The notes beneath the pieces were generated by a model, which worked only from the letters and a program-made list of their open reading frames with translations, ran no database searches and was not told the origin of the DNA. A DNA stretch of 57,933 nt from Gammaproteobacteria bacterium (GTDB lineage: Bacteria; Pseudomonadota; Gammaproteobacteria; Ga0077536), in NCBI GenBank assembly GCA_016874535.1, contig VGUA01000005.1:1-57933 (forward strand), written 5' to 3'. Each line of letters begins with the position of its first letter. Position 1 is the stretch's first letter. Below, in pieces: positions 9,015 through 17,814 of the stretch. A program made the translations under genes and the position numbers.

Positions 9015-9925
9015 GCGCGCTTCGCTCCCGGGTGCTCTGGGATGGTGGGTGACTGGACATGGTCATATTGCGCCGGCCAGTCGCGGTAATTGAAAACCTG
9101 ACCCTCCTTGCGGATGCGCGCGATTTCACCCAGATCGAGATCCGCATACACCCACTGCGGTGAGTTCATCTCGCCACACACAAGCACACCATCGGCAGGA
9201 AAGCCGTAATCCACCGGCGTGTATACGGCAGCCGCGCCGGTGTTGCGGTCCACGGATTCGGACCATGGGCATTCGCCAACGGTGGGTGATTGCACCACGA
9301 AGCATTGATTCTCCAGCGCCCGCGCCTGACAACCGATGCGTACGCGGTGGTAGCCGGCCAAGGTGTCGGTACAGCTCGGGACCAGCAGGATGTCCGCGCC
9401 CTGCTCCACCTGCTGGCGGGCGAGGAGGGGGAACTCGCTGTCGTAGCAGATGTTGATGGCCACCCGGCCAAAGTCCGTATCGAAGACCTTGAGATCGCGG
9501 CCCGGCGAAACATGCCACTGCTCCGTCTCGAAACGCGTCATCTGCAGCTTTTCCTGGTAGCCGCAGGCGCCGGCGGGCGTGAAGAAGTAACTGCGGTTGC
9601 AGTGGCGCCCATCGGGCAGGCGCTCGGGGAAGCTGCCGGCGCAGATGAAGACTGTGTGTTCGCGTGCGAGATCCCTGAACAGGGCGATGAAGTCGGGCAG
9701 CCGCTCCTGCAGTCGCGCAAGGGACAGCGGCAGGGAGCGGGCCACTTCAGGCCCGAAGCTCGCCGTGATCTCCATCGAGAAATATTCGGGGAAGACCAGC
9801 AGCCCCGCACCCTCACCCGCAGCTTCCCGCACCCAGTGGGTGAGCTTGTCCGCCACGGCATCCCAGCTGGAAAGATCCTCCGGCCAGTACTGGGCCGCGG
9901 CCACCCGCACGCCACGCTCGCTCAT
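9011..9925 (-). CDS. Carbon-nitrogen hydrolase (nitrilase superfamily)
   Basis: Glu-Lys-Cys triad in FPEY, QEKLQMT and ICYDSEF; ARALENQ motif. Confidence 0.92.
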   Translation of the reverse strand: MSERGVRVAAAQYWPEDLSSWDAVADKLTHWVREAAGEGAGLLVFPEYFSMEITASFGPEVARSLPLSLARLQERLPDFIALFRDLAREHTVFICAGSFPERLPDGRHCNRSYFFTPAGACGYQEKLQMTRFETEQWHVSPGRDLKVFDTDFGRVAINICYDSEFPLLARQQVEQGADILLVPSCTDTLAGYHRVRIGCQARALENQCFVVQSPTVGECPWSESVDRNTGAAAVYTPVDYGFPADGVLVCGEMNSPQWVYADLDLGEIARIRKEGQVFNYRDWPAQYDHVQSPTIPEHPGAKRA

Positions 9926-10527
9926 GCGAGAGCCTTCAGCCAGAACACCATCTCTTTCGGGGTGGCGCTGGTTTCATCGAGATCCTGCCAGTCGAAATGG
10001 GTGATGAGTTCGGGATACTTGCGGTAGCCGAAGCGCTCCCAGACAGCGTCCAGTGGCGCGTAGTCCGACGGACGGCGGGGATGATCCGCCGCTCGCACCA
10101 CGCCGCAGAGTGCCATCCAGCGGAAGCCGCCGAGCGCTCGAGCGTGATCCTCCCGCCCCTTGAAAAAGGCCTTGTACAGGCCGCGGCCGCGGTAGGTCTG
10201 GCGCAGCACGGATTCCCCACAATAGAAAACCTCTGCGAGAGCGAAGCCGTGGTCGATGAAAGGTTGCTGGACTTCCGGCGTCTCGGCCTGCAACGGCAAG
10301 CCGGTGGAGGCGCCGACAATCTCCTCGCCGTCACGCGCCAGCACCACCACGCTGTCCGGGCAACGCGTATAGGTGGTGAGATACTTCTGCTCGTACTCCA
10401 GCGAGCCGGCATAGAGGTAGGGAAACTCGTGGAAGACTTCGATGCGCAGGCGGGCCAGAGCGGGCAGCACCCCGTTCAGGGCCGGGTCCCGGCCCGTGAG
10501 GATGTCGATGCGCACGGGATCCACCAT
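9922..10527 (-). CDS. GNAT-family N-acetyltransferase
   Basis: LRIEVFHEFPYLY, GESVLRQTYRGRGL (motif A); ATG at 10527 overlaps the upstream stop (TGATG). Confidence 0.85.
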   Translation of the reverse strand: MVDPVRIDILTGRDPALNGVLPALARLRIEVFHEFPYLYAGSLEYEQKYLTTYTRCPDSVVVLARDGEEIVGASTGLPLQAETPEVQQPFIDHGFALAEVFYCGESVLRQTYRGRGLYKAFFKGREDHARALGGFRWMALCGVVRAADHPRRPSDYAPLDAVWERFGYRKYPELITHFDWQDLDETSATPKEMVFWLKALA

Positions 10528-10934
10528 CAGGCGCCTACCTGGGCAATCCAGTCCTGGAGGTTGTAGTAGTTGGTGACGCGCGCCACCCGGCCATCCCGAA
10601 CCTCGAAAAAGGCTCCGGCCGGGAGCTTGTAGGTCTGTCCGTTGGCCGGGGGCAAACCCTCGTCCGTCGCCAGATATTCGCCGAGGACCGTGAATTCGGC
10701 ACTGGCTCGCGCACCGTCGTCCGTTGCCATGATCACCATGTCCACCAGGCGCTCGCGGTAGCACCGGTTCATGTGCGCCATGAAGGCACCGAAGGCGGCC
10801 TTGCCCACCTCACGCTTGCCTTGGTTGATGTCATGCGCCACATCCTCGGTGAGCAGGCCGAGGAAAGCCTCCATGTCGCCCGCATTGAAGGCCGCGTAAT
10901 AGCGCTGGATGAGGCCAAGGGTCCGATCGCGCAT
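10527..10934 (-). CDS. Ketosteroid-isomerase-related (SnoaL/NTF2-like) protein
   Basis: YYAAFNAGD, VAHDINQG, MNRCYRE, YLATDEGLP and RVTNYYNL; start set at ATG 10934. Confidence 0.88.
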   Translation of the reverse strand: MRDRTLGLIQRYYAAFNAGDMEAFLGLLTEDVAHDINQGKREVGKAAFGAFMAHMNRCYRERLVDMVIMATDDGARASAEFTVLGEYLATDEGLPPANGQTYKLPAGAFFEVRDGRVARVTNYYNLQDWIAQVGA

Positions 10935-11016
10935 ACTTGCTGTTCTCCGGGTGATTCCCGGTGAATGATAGCGCAAGGGTTCCGGCTGGAATGCGGCAAA
11001 CAAGGCAGGGCACGGG

Positions 11017-12102
11017 ATGAACAACCATCAGCGTGTGGAGAATGTGCTCACCCTGGCAGCCCTGGGCTTCCTGGTGCTGGGGTGCCTCACCGTGCTCGCG
11101 CCCTTCGTGTCGGCACTGTTGTGGGCGGTCATCCTGGCCTTCTCTACCTGGCGCATCTATGAGCGCGTGCTGCGAGCCTGCGGGCACCGCCAGGGCCTTG
11201 CCGCCGGGCTGATGACCCTGGGCTTGGCGCTGCTGTTGCTGGCGCCGGTGCTGATGGTGGGCGCGCAGCTCGGCGAGAACATCGACAACCTCATGGGTGC
11301 GGCCCGGCGCTTTCTGGCACGCGGGGTCCCGGCGCCGCCGCCTTGGCTGCTGGGCCTGCCGGTGATCGGCCCCCACGTTTCGGAATACTGGGCACTGCTG
11401 CCGGGCAGTGGCGAGGGAGAGGCCGCCAGCGCAAAGGCGCTGGCTTGGCTGGAGGCCCAGGCCAAGCCCATCAGCGCCTGGCTGTTACAGCGGGGGCTGG
11501 ATCTCGGGCAGGCACTGTTGCAACTCACCCTGAGCGTGTTTGCCTCGTTCTACCTCTACCGTGATGGCGTGGATGTGGTGGCGAGGCTGCGGGCCGGAAT
11601 GGAGCGCATCGCGGGCAAACGCGCGCAGTCGCTCATCGACCTGTCGGCCCGCACGATTCGTGGTGTGGTCTACGGAATTCTCGGCACGGCGCTCGCCCAA
11701 GGGATCGCCGCCGCCATTGGCTTCACCGTGGCCGGCATTCCCGGGCCGCTGGTGCTCGGCCTGCTGACTTTCGTGGTGTCCATCATTCCTGCCGGGCCGC
11801 CGTTGATCTGGATTCCGGCCACGCTTTGGTTGCTGCAGGAGGGATCACCGGGCTGGGCCGCCTTCATGGGGCTGTGGGGATTCTTCATCATCAGCGGCAT
11901 CGACAACGTGGTGCGGCCCTGGCTCATCAGCCAGGGCGCTGCCCTGCCTTTCATCCTGGTGCTGCTGGGGGTGGTGGGCGGCCTGCTCACCTTCGGCTTC
12001 ATCGGAATCTTCCTCGGCCCCACACTGCTCGCCGTAGGCTTTGCGATGCTCCGGGAATGGACGCGGGAGAGACGCCTGCAGGGCGGCACTGCAGAACCCT
12101 GA
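11017..12102 (+). CDS. AI-2E family (YdiK-like) transporter
   Basis: Multi-TM 361 aa; LLWAVILAFSTW, TALAQG, IDNVVRP.LIS and GFIGIFLGPTLLA. Confidence 0.9.
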   Translation: MNNHQRVENVLTLAALGFLVLGCLTVLAPFVSALLWAVILAFSTWRIYERVLRACGHRQGLAAGLMTLGLALLLLAPVLMVGAQLGENIDNLMGAARRFLARGVPAPPPWLLGLPVIGPHVSEYWALLPGSGEGEAASAKALAWLEAQAKPISAWLLQRGLDLGQALLQLTLSVFASFYLYRDGVDVVARLRAGMERIAGKRAQSLIDLSARTIRGVVYGILGTALAQGIAAAIGFTVAGIPGPLVLGLLTFVVSIIPAGPPLIWIPATLWLLQEGSPGWAAFMGLWGFFIISGIDNVVRPWLISQGAALPFILVLLGVVGGLLTFGFIGIFLGPTLLAVGFAMLREWTRERRLQGGTAEP

Positions 12103-12123
12103 AGCGGACGGCCCGCCCGGGCC

Positions 12124-12474
12124 TTACTTCACCTCGACGATTTCCGCAGCAGTACCAAGCACGGTCTGGCCGTCGTGCATCGCCACGCAGCGGTAGCTCT
12201 GGTGCTTTATCCCGTAAACCTCCTTGGCCGCGATCATCTCCCGGGACCCCGCGCCCTCGTCGCGCAGGCTGAACCCCGCTGCCCGGGCTTCGAAAACGAA
12301 ATCCCGCAGCGGGGCGCCGCCTGCTGCGAACTGCGCGCAGAAAGTATCTGTCTCGGCGGCTGTCTTCTTGATCAGATGACTGAACCAGATCGTGGCCATC
12401 ATCATGGCCACGGCCGGCGCGAGCACGACGGCAAGAGGGCGGGGAATCCGCAGGCGCGGGCGTTTTTTCTTCAT
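12124..12474 (-). CDS. Hypothetical single-TM protein
   Basis: Basic N-terminus, one hydrophobic helix and a small domain with two Cys; fills the gap between convergent/divergent neighbours; no family recognised. Confidence 0.6.
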   Translation of the reverse strand: MKKKRPRLRIPRPLAVVLAPAVAMMMATIWFSHLIKKTAAETDTFCAQFAAGGAPLRDFVFEARAAGFSLRDEGAGSREMIAAKEVYGIKHQSYRCVAMHDGQTVLGTAAEIVEVK

Positions 12475-12600
12475 TCCGGTTCCTCGTGGCCGCCGGCTGC
12501 GGCGAAGCAAAAAGGGGGACGCGCGGGTTGGGGAGTAGGTGTTCCTGCAATGGCTTGGCTACACTCGACGGGCACAAGCACAACACACAGGAGGGGAGAA

Positions 12601-13590
12601 ATGCATCCAGTCCGTTTTGGTGTATTCATCCTGCCCGATTCCATAGCGGCTGCCCAAGCGGCCGCCGTGAAAGCGGAGCAGCAGGGCTTTTACTCGGTCT
12701 CGGTGAATGACCATTTCTATTCACCTCTTGGCAATGCCCAATCGCCGCAGCTGGAATGTTTCACAGCGCTCACCGCCATGGCCTGCGTCACGCAGCGCAT
12801 CCGCCTGGTCCCGGCGGTGGCGGCCATGTCCTTCCGCAATCCCGCGATGCTGGCAAAGATCATGACCTGCGTCGATCTGGCGAGCAACGGCCGTTTCACC
12901 TGTGGCCTCGGCGCCGGTTGGCAGCCCACGGAGTATGAAGCCCACGATTATCCGTTTCCCTCCACGCCGGTGCGCCTCGAGCAGCTCGATGAAGGCCTCC
13001 AGATCTGCAAGGCGATGTGGACTCAAGATGAACCGACCTTCACCGGCAAGCATTTCCGGATCGAGAAGGCTTACAACAATCCTCGCGGGGTGCAGAAACC
13101 GCATCCGCCGATCATGCTGGGCGGATCAGGCACGAAGCTGCTCAAGCTGGCCGCACGTGAGGCCAGCATCATCAATCTGATCCCGGCCACCGGCAACGGC
13201 AAGGATTTCGTCAACGATCCGGTCGCGACCGTGAAGTTCGACATGCCGACCCTCAAGTCGCGCATCGCGCTGCTGCGCCGGTTCATGCGCGAGGAGGGTC
13301 GCGATCCGGGTGAGATGGAAATCGGCGGCCTGCTGCTCCTCGGACTCTCCCGGGATCCACAAGATGCCGGGCTGCGTGCCCTCGCCTCACAGCTGGGTTT
13401 TCCGGACTACGCCACCGCACAGGCCTCGCCGGTAGCCATCCTCGGCACGCCGGAAGAAGCCCGGGCGGAATTGAAGAAGCGCGTGCGGGAAACCGGCATG
13501 ACCTATTACATCTTCGTTGCATCGTTCGAGGAGTCGCAGAACCTGTTCGTGGAGGAGGTCATGCCTGCCTTTACGGACATGAAAGGCTGA
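12601..13590 (+). CDS. LLM-class flavin-dependent oxidoreductase (luciferase-like)
   Basis: SVNDHF, LECFTALTAMA..T.RIRL, FRNPAMLAK, SNGRF..GLGAGW..EY and PHPPIMLGGSG; RBS gaggggag before ATG 12601. Confidence 0.9.
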   Translation: MHPVRFGVFILPDSIAAAQAAAVKAEQQGFYSVSVNDHFYSPLGNAQSPQLECFTALTAMACVTQRIRLVPAVAAMSFRNPAMLAKIMTCVDLASNGRFTCGLGAGWQPTEYEAHDYPFPSTPVRLEQLDEGLQICKAMWTQDEPTFTGKHFRIEKAYNNPRGVQKPHPPIMLGGSGTKLLKLAAREASIINLIPATGNGKDFVNDPVATVKFDMPTLKSRIALLRRFMREEGRDPGEMEIGGLLLLGLSRDPQDAGLRALASQLGFPDYATAQASPVAILGTPEEARAELKKRVRETGMTYYIFVASFEESQNLFVEEVMPAFTDMKG

Positions 13591-13689
13591 ATGAGCCATG
13601 ACGGAGGGCGGGATCAGCCGGTATGCTCCCCGCCATCCGGTTGCCACGGCGGCGACCGCCGCCCCAACCCCTGCAGAAGGAGTGATTCC

Positions 13690-14385
13690 ATGACACCGAT
13701 CAACGGTATCCACCACCTCGCGATCATGACTGCCGATGTGAAGAAGCAGATCGAGTTCTTTTCGGATGTGCTCGGCATGAAGCTCACGGCACTCTACTGG
13801 ATGCACAACGTGGAGGGCTGTTTCCATGCTTTCATGGAGCTCAGTCCGAGCTGCTCGGTGGCGTTCGTCTTCAGTCCTGCGGTAAAGGACATTCCGGTCG
13901 AGTTTGGGGTGTCGCATGCCGGCAACCCCATCAAGCCCTGCTCCGCGGGGGTGATGCAGCATCTGGCGTTCAATGTCGACACCGATGAAGAGCTCCATGC
14001 CATGCGTGACCGCATCCGCGCCAAGGGCGTGCGGGTACTGGGGCCGCTCGACCACGGGTTCTGCAAATCCATCTATTTCGGGGGCCCCGAAAACCTGGTG
14101 CTGGAGGTCTCGACCTCGGAAGCGGCCATCAATGCTGAGGCCTGGATCGACCCGGAAGTCGTCGGACTGTGCGGCATTTCCAGCGAGGAGCTGGCGCGCT
14201 ACAAGAATCCGCCGGCGTTCGCGCCAGCCCGCAGCCCGGTTGCACAGCCGCCCGCGGGAACCGGCACGCCGGAATACACTCAAATGGACCCGGGCTTCGG
14301 TGGAGCCTTCGATTTGCCTGATGACTTTGTCACGCGCGAGCTCAGCGAAAGCACGCCGCCCGTGAAGATAGCGAGTGTGGCCTGA
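13690..14385 (+). CDS. VOC (glyoxalase/extradiol dioxygenase) family protein
   Basis: GIHHLAIMT, MQHLAFNV and SIYF.GPENLVLEV metal-ligand pattern (His, His, Glu). Confidence 0.85.
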   Translation: MTPINGIHHLAIMTADVKKQIEFFSDVLGMKLTALYWMHNVEGCFHAFMELSPSCSVAFVFSPAVKDIPVEFGVSHAGNPIKPCSAGVMQHLAFNVDTDEELHAMRDRIRAKGVRVLGPLDHGFCKSIYFGGPENLVLEVSTSEAAINAEAWIDPEVVGLCGISSEELARYKNPPAFAPARSPVAQPPAGTGTPEYTQMDPGFGGAFDLPDDFVTRELSESTPPVKIASVA

Positions 14386-14387
14386 GC

Positions 14388-15062
14388 ATGGATCTGAAAG
14401 GAAAGGTAGTTGTGGTGACCGGGGCCAACGGCATCCTGGGCCAGGCCGTGCTTGCGCGCAGCCAGGCCCTGGGGGCTGCAGTCATCGGCCTCGACATCCA
14501 CTTCGACGCCCTGCCGGGCGACGGCGTGCGCCGTGAACGGCTGGACCTGACCGACAAGCAGGCGACGGAGGATCTCTTCCATCGGCTCGGCCCCATGCAC
14601 GTGCTGTTCAACGTGGCCGGGGGCTTTGCCATGGGCGAGACGGCCTACGAAGTGGCCTCTCCGCAGTGGGAGGCCATGTTCAAGATCAACGTGGCCACCA
14701 CCCAGAACGCCATCCATGCGGCCATGCCCCTCTTCCTGCAGCAGGGCCGGGGCAGCATCGTGAACATCGGGGCGATGTCGGCACGGGAAGGTCAGGCCAA
14801 CATGAGTGCTTACTGTGCGGCCAAGAGCGTGGTGATGCGCCTGACCGAGAGCCTCTCCAAGGAGGTTCGCGCCAAGGGCGTGAACGTCAATGCCGTGCTC
14901 CCCAGCATCATCGACACTCCGCGCAATCGCCAGGACATGCCGGAGGCCGATTTCTCGCGCTGGGTGAAGCCCGACGATCTGGCCAAGGTCATCTGTTTTC
15001 TCGGATCGGAAGCGGCCGTGGCCATCCATGGTGCCCTCATCCCGGTGGTCGGACTCTCCTGA
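14388..15062 (+). CDS. Short-chain dehydrogenase/reductase
   Basis: TGANGILG Rossmann motif, NVAGG, and YCAAK (YxxxK) catalytic motif. Confidence 0.92.
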   Translation: MDLKGKVVVVTGANGILGQAVLARSQALGAAVIGLDIHFDALPGDGVRRERLDLTDKQATEDLFHRLGPMHVLFNVAGGFAMGETAYEVASPQWEAMFKINVATTQNAIHAAMPLFLQQGRGSIVNIGAMSAREGQANMSAYCAAKSVVMRLTESLSKEVRAKGVNVNAVLPSIIDTPRNRQDMPEADFSRWVKPDDLAKVICFLGSEAAVAIHGALIPVVGLS

Positions 15063-16780
15063 ACCAGAACTCCGGCCCGTCACCCTTGGAACTGCGCGCG
15101 CTGTTTCGAATCCTGCTGGGCCCGGAACGCGGGTATTACTGGCTGGCCATCGCTTATGGCGTGGCCATGAGCGTGCTCACGCTGGCCGTGCCGCTGTCCG
15201 TGCAGATTCTCATCAACAGCATCGCCAACACCGCCCTGATGCGGCCGCTAGTGGTGCTCGGCATCGCCCTGTTCTCGCTGCTCGGACTGTACGGCCTGAT
15301 GTACGCCCTGCAGACCTGGGTGATGGATCGCTTCGAACGGCATTTCTTTGCACGCGTAAGCCGGGAGATCATCCTGCGCAGCCTGCATGCCCGCTATGCC
15401 GCCGTGGAAAGCGTGAATCGCGAGGAGCTTGCCAACCGCTTTTTCGAAATCGTCACCGTGCAGCGCAATCTGCCCTCCCTGTTCATTGGTGGGTCCGCAT
15501 TGTTCCTGCAGGCGCTCGCCGGCTTCATCGTGGTCTCGGCCTACCATCCGGCATTTCTTGCTTTCAATGCCACACTGATCCTGGCCGTGTGGGTGGTGTG
15601 GGCCATCTGGGGTGGGCGCGCCACGCGCAGCAAGATCAAGGCATCCAAGGCGAAGTTCCGGCTGGCACACTGGCTGGAGGAACTGGCGCGCGCCAATGCA
15701 TTCTTCAAATCCGAGCGGGCGATTCATTACGCGGTGGACCGCTCGGACGGTTTCATCCGGGATTACCTCAAGGCCCACCGCACCCACTTCAAGTACAAGT
15801 TTGCCCAGCTGCTCGTCTGCCTGCTCCTTTACGCACTGGCCAGCGCCTCGCTGCTGGTGGTGGGGGGCTAGCTGGTAGTCAACAGTGCACTCACCCTAGG
15901 CCAGTTGGTTGCTGCAGAACTCATTCTCTCGGTGATTTTCATCGCCATCGCGCGCCTGCCGGATTATCTGGATCTCTGGTACGAGCTGTGTGCGGCGGTA
16001 GCCAAGCTCGGTGATTTCTACGCCATTCCCCTGGAGGCGCCCATCGCCGGTGAACGCCTTGCACCCGACGAGCACGGGCTCCGCCTCGATGAGGTGGTGT
16101 GCAGCTTCCATGGTGACAGGCTCCGCTTCCATTTTTCTCTGGAGCCCGGTGCGCAGATCATGGTGGTGACCAGCGCGCAGCGCCTGCAGAAAAGTCTCAT
16201 CGATCTGCTGCTGCGTCATCTGGCTCCGGAGGCTGGCATCGTCAGCCTCGGTGGTCGCAATCTGGCGGATCTGGACCCGCATCACCTGCGCGATCTGGTG
16301 GCCCTGGTCGACAATTCCGGCGCTCTCGAATCCTCCATCGCCGACAATCTTTCGCTCGGTGACCCCGGAGTGGATCGCACCGCGATGCGGGCGGTATTGG
16401 AGGAGGTGGATCTCCATGATGAGATTTCACGATTGCCGGAAGGTCTGGACACTGTGCTCGGTCCTTTCGGATATCCACTTTCCCGCTCGGAAACCATCCG
16501 CATGAAGATCGCCGGCGCGCTGCTGGCCGAGCCGCGGGTGCTGATTCTCACCGAGGTTTTCGACACCCTTTCGCTCCGGCACCGGCGCCGCATCTTGCAG
16601 GCCATCGGCAGGCGCCGCGCTCTGGTGCTGCTCGACTTCAGTACGCGTCGTGATATCGAGGAATACACCGGCTACCTGCTGGTGCGGCCAGAGGCCCAGG
16701 AGCTGCTGCCCTCGCTCGACGCACTGATCGCCCGCGAGCAAGATGCGCCTGGCGCGGAGGGTGGGGTGCAAGGCACATGA
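15059..16780 (+). pseudogene. ABC exporter (TMD plus degenerate NBD) interrupted by an in-frame TAG at 15869-15871
   Basis: ORF-track pieces 14666..15871 and 15905..16780 are in the same frame; read-through gives VGG*LVVNSALTLGQLVAAELILS, the typical type-I-exporter TM6 motif. Start uncertain (CTG 15059 overlapping the SDR stop, or TTG 15086). Confidence 0.8.
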
Positions 16781-17814
16781 AGACGCCTTCCTCGCAGCCT
16801 TTTGCCCAGGCGCTGCTCGACCGCTTTGCCAGCGTGCGCGAACTCGCTCCGCCGCGGCCCGCGCGTCACATCGCCATCATCATCCTGCTGTGCCTGGTGA
16901 TGCTCGTGGTCGGTCTCTGGTGGTTGCCCTGGGTGCAGACCGCCCCGGGCAGCGGCACGCTGATAGCGCTGGACCCGCAGGGTCGCGTGCAATCCGTGAC
17001 CGCGCTGGTGAGCGGGCGCATCAAGGCCTGGCACGTGCAGGACGGGAGTCGCGTGAAGAAAGGCGATCTGCTGGTGGAAATAGTGGACATGGATCCGCGC
17101 TTCCTGCAGCGGCTGGAGGCTGAACGCGCAGCGGTAAATGCAAAGTTTGATGCGGCGCGTGCGGCAACGGAGACCGCGCTGCTGGACGTCGAACGCAAAA
17201 CCCGTCTGTTCGAGAAGGGCCTTGCGGCACGGCGCGACAGGGAGGCAGCCAACATCCGCTACAAGGAGCTGCTGGCGGCGCAATCCAGCGCTGCCGCAGA
17301 AGTCGCCAAGGCAGAAACTCAGGTGGCGCGCCAGACGACCCAGCGTGTGCTGGCACCACAGGATGGGGTGGTGGTGCGCAGCGCCGCACTCGATACGGCC
17401 ACCCTGGTGAGAGAAGGCGACGAGTTGTTGAGTTTCGCGCCTTCGGCAAGCAAGCGGGCAGTGGAAATCTACGTCAACGGGCTCGATGCGGCGCTGGTGC
17501 AGCCGGGGCGGCGCGCTCGGTTGATGTTCGAAGGCTGGCCCGCCGTGCAGTTCAGCGGCTGGCCGTCCGTGGCCGTCGGGACCTTCCCCGCGATGGTGCA
17601 TTTCGTGGACCCGGCCATCTCGGCCAACGGTCGGTTTCGGGTGGTGCTGGTGGAGGAGCCCGGAGCGCCGTGGCCGGATGAGCGCTTCCTGCGCCTGGGC
17701 GGCAAGGCCAAGGGCTGGGTGTTGCTCAATGAGGTGCGCCTTGGTTACGAGTTGTGGCGGCAGCTCAACAGCTTTCCGCCCGAGGCAACCGCGGCCGCGG
17801 GACCAAGCCCGTGA
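16777..17814 (+). CDS. HlyD-family membrane fusion protein
   Basis: N-terminal TM, LPWVQTAPGSG, lipoyl-like VSGRIKAWHVQDGSRVKKGD, coiled coil, FEGWPAVQFSGWPS; ATGA overlap with the ABC stop. Confidence 0.92.
   Translation: MKTPSSQPFAQALLDRFASVRELAPPRPARHIAIIILLCLVMLVVGLWWLPWVQTAPGSGTLIALDPQGRVQSVTALVSGRIKAWHVQDGSRVKKGDLLVEIVDMDPRFLQRLEAERAAVNAKFDAARAATETALLDVERKTRLFEKGLAARRDREAANIRYKELLAAQSSAAAEVAKAETQVARQTTQRVLAPQDGVVVRSAALDTATLVREGDELLSFAPSASKRAVEIYVNGLDAALVQPGRRARLMFEGWPAVQFSGWPSVAVGTFPAMVHFVDPAISANGRFRVVLVEEPGAPWPDERFLRLGGKAKGWVLLNEVRLGYELWRQLNSFPPEATAAAGPSP

Noticed and set aside
12175-12600. Long N-terminal extension of the LLM ORF
   Set aside because: It overlaps an opposite-strand gene; a strong RBS and family-like sequence begin at ATG 12601.
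14666-15058. N-terminal extension of the ABC ORF in the ORF track
   Set aside because: It overlaps the SDR gene in another frame and has non-protein-like composition; exporter-like sequence starts after 15059.
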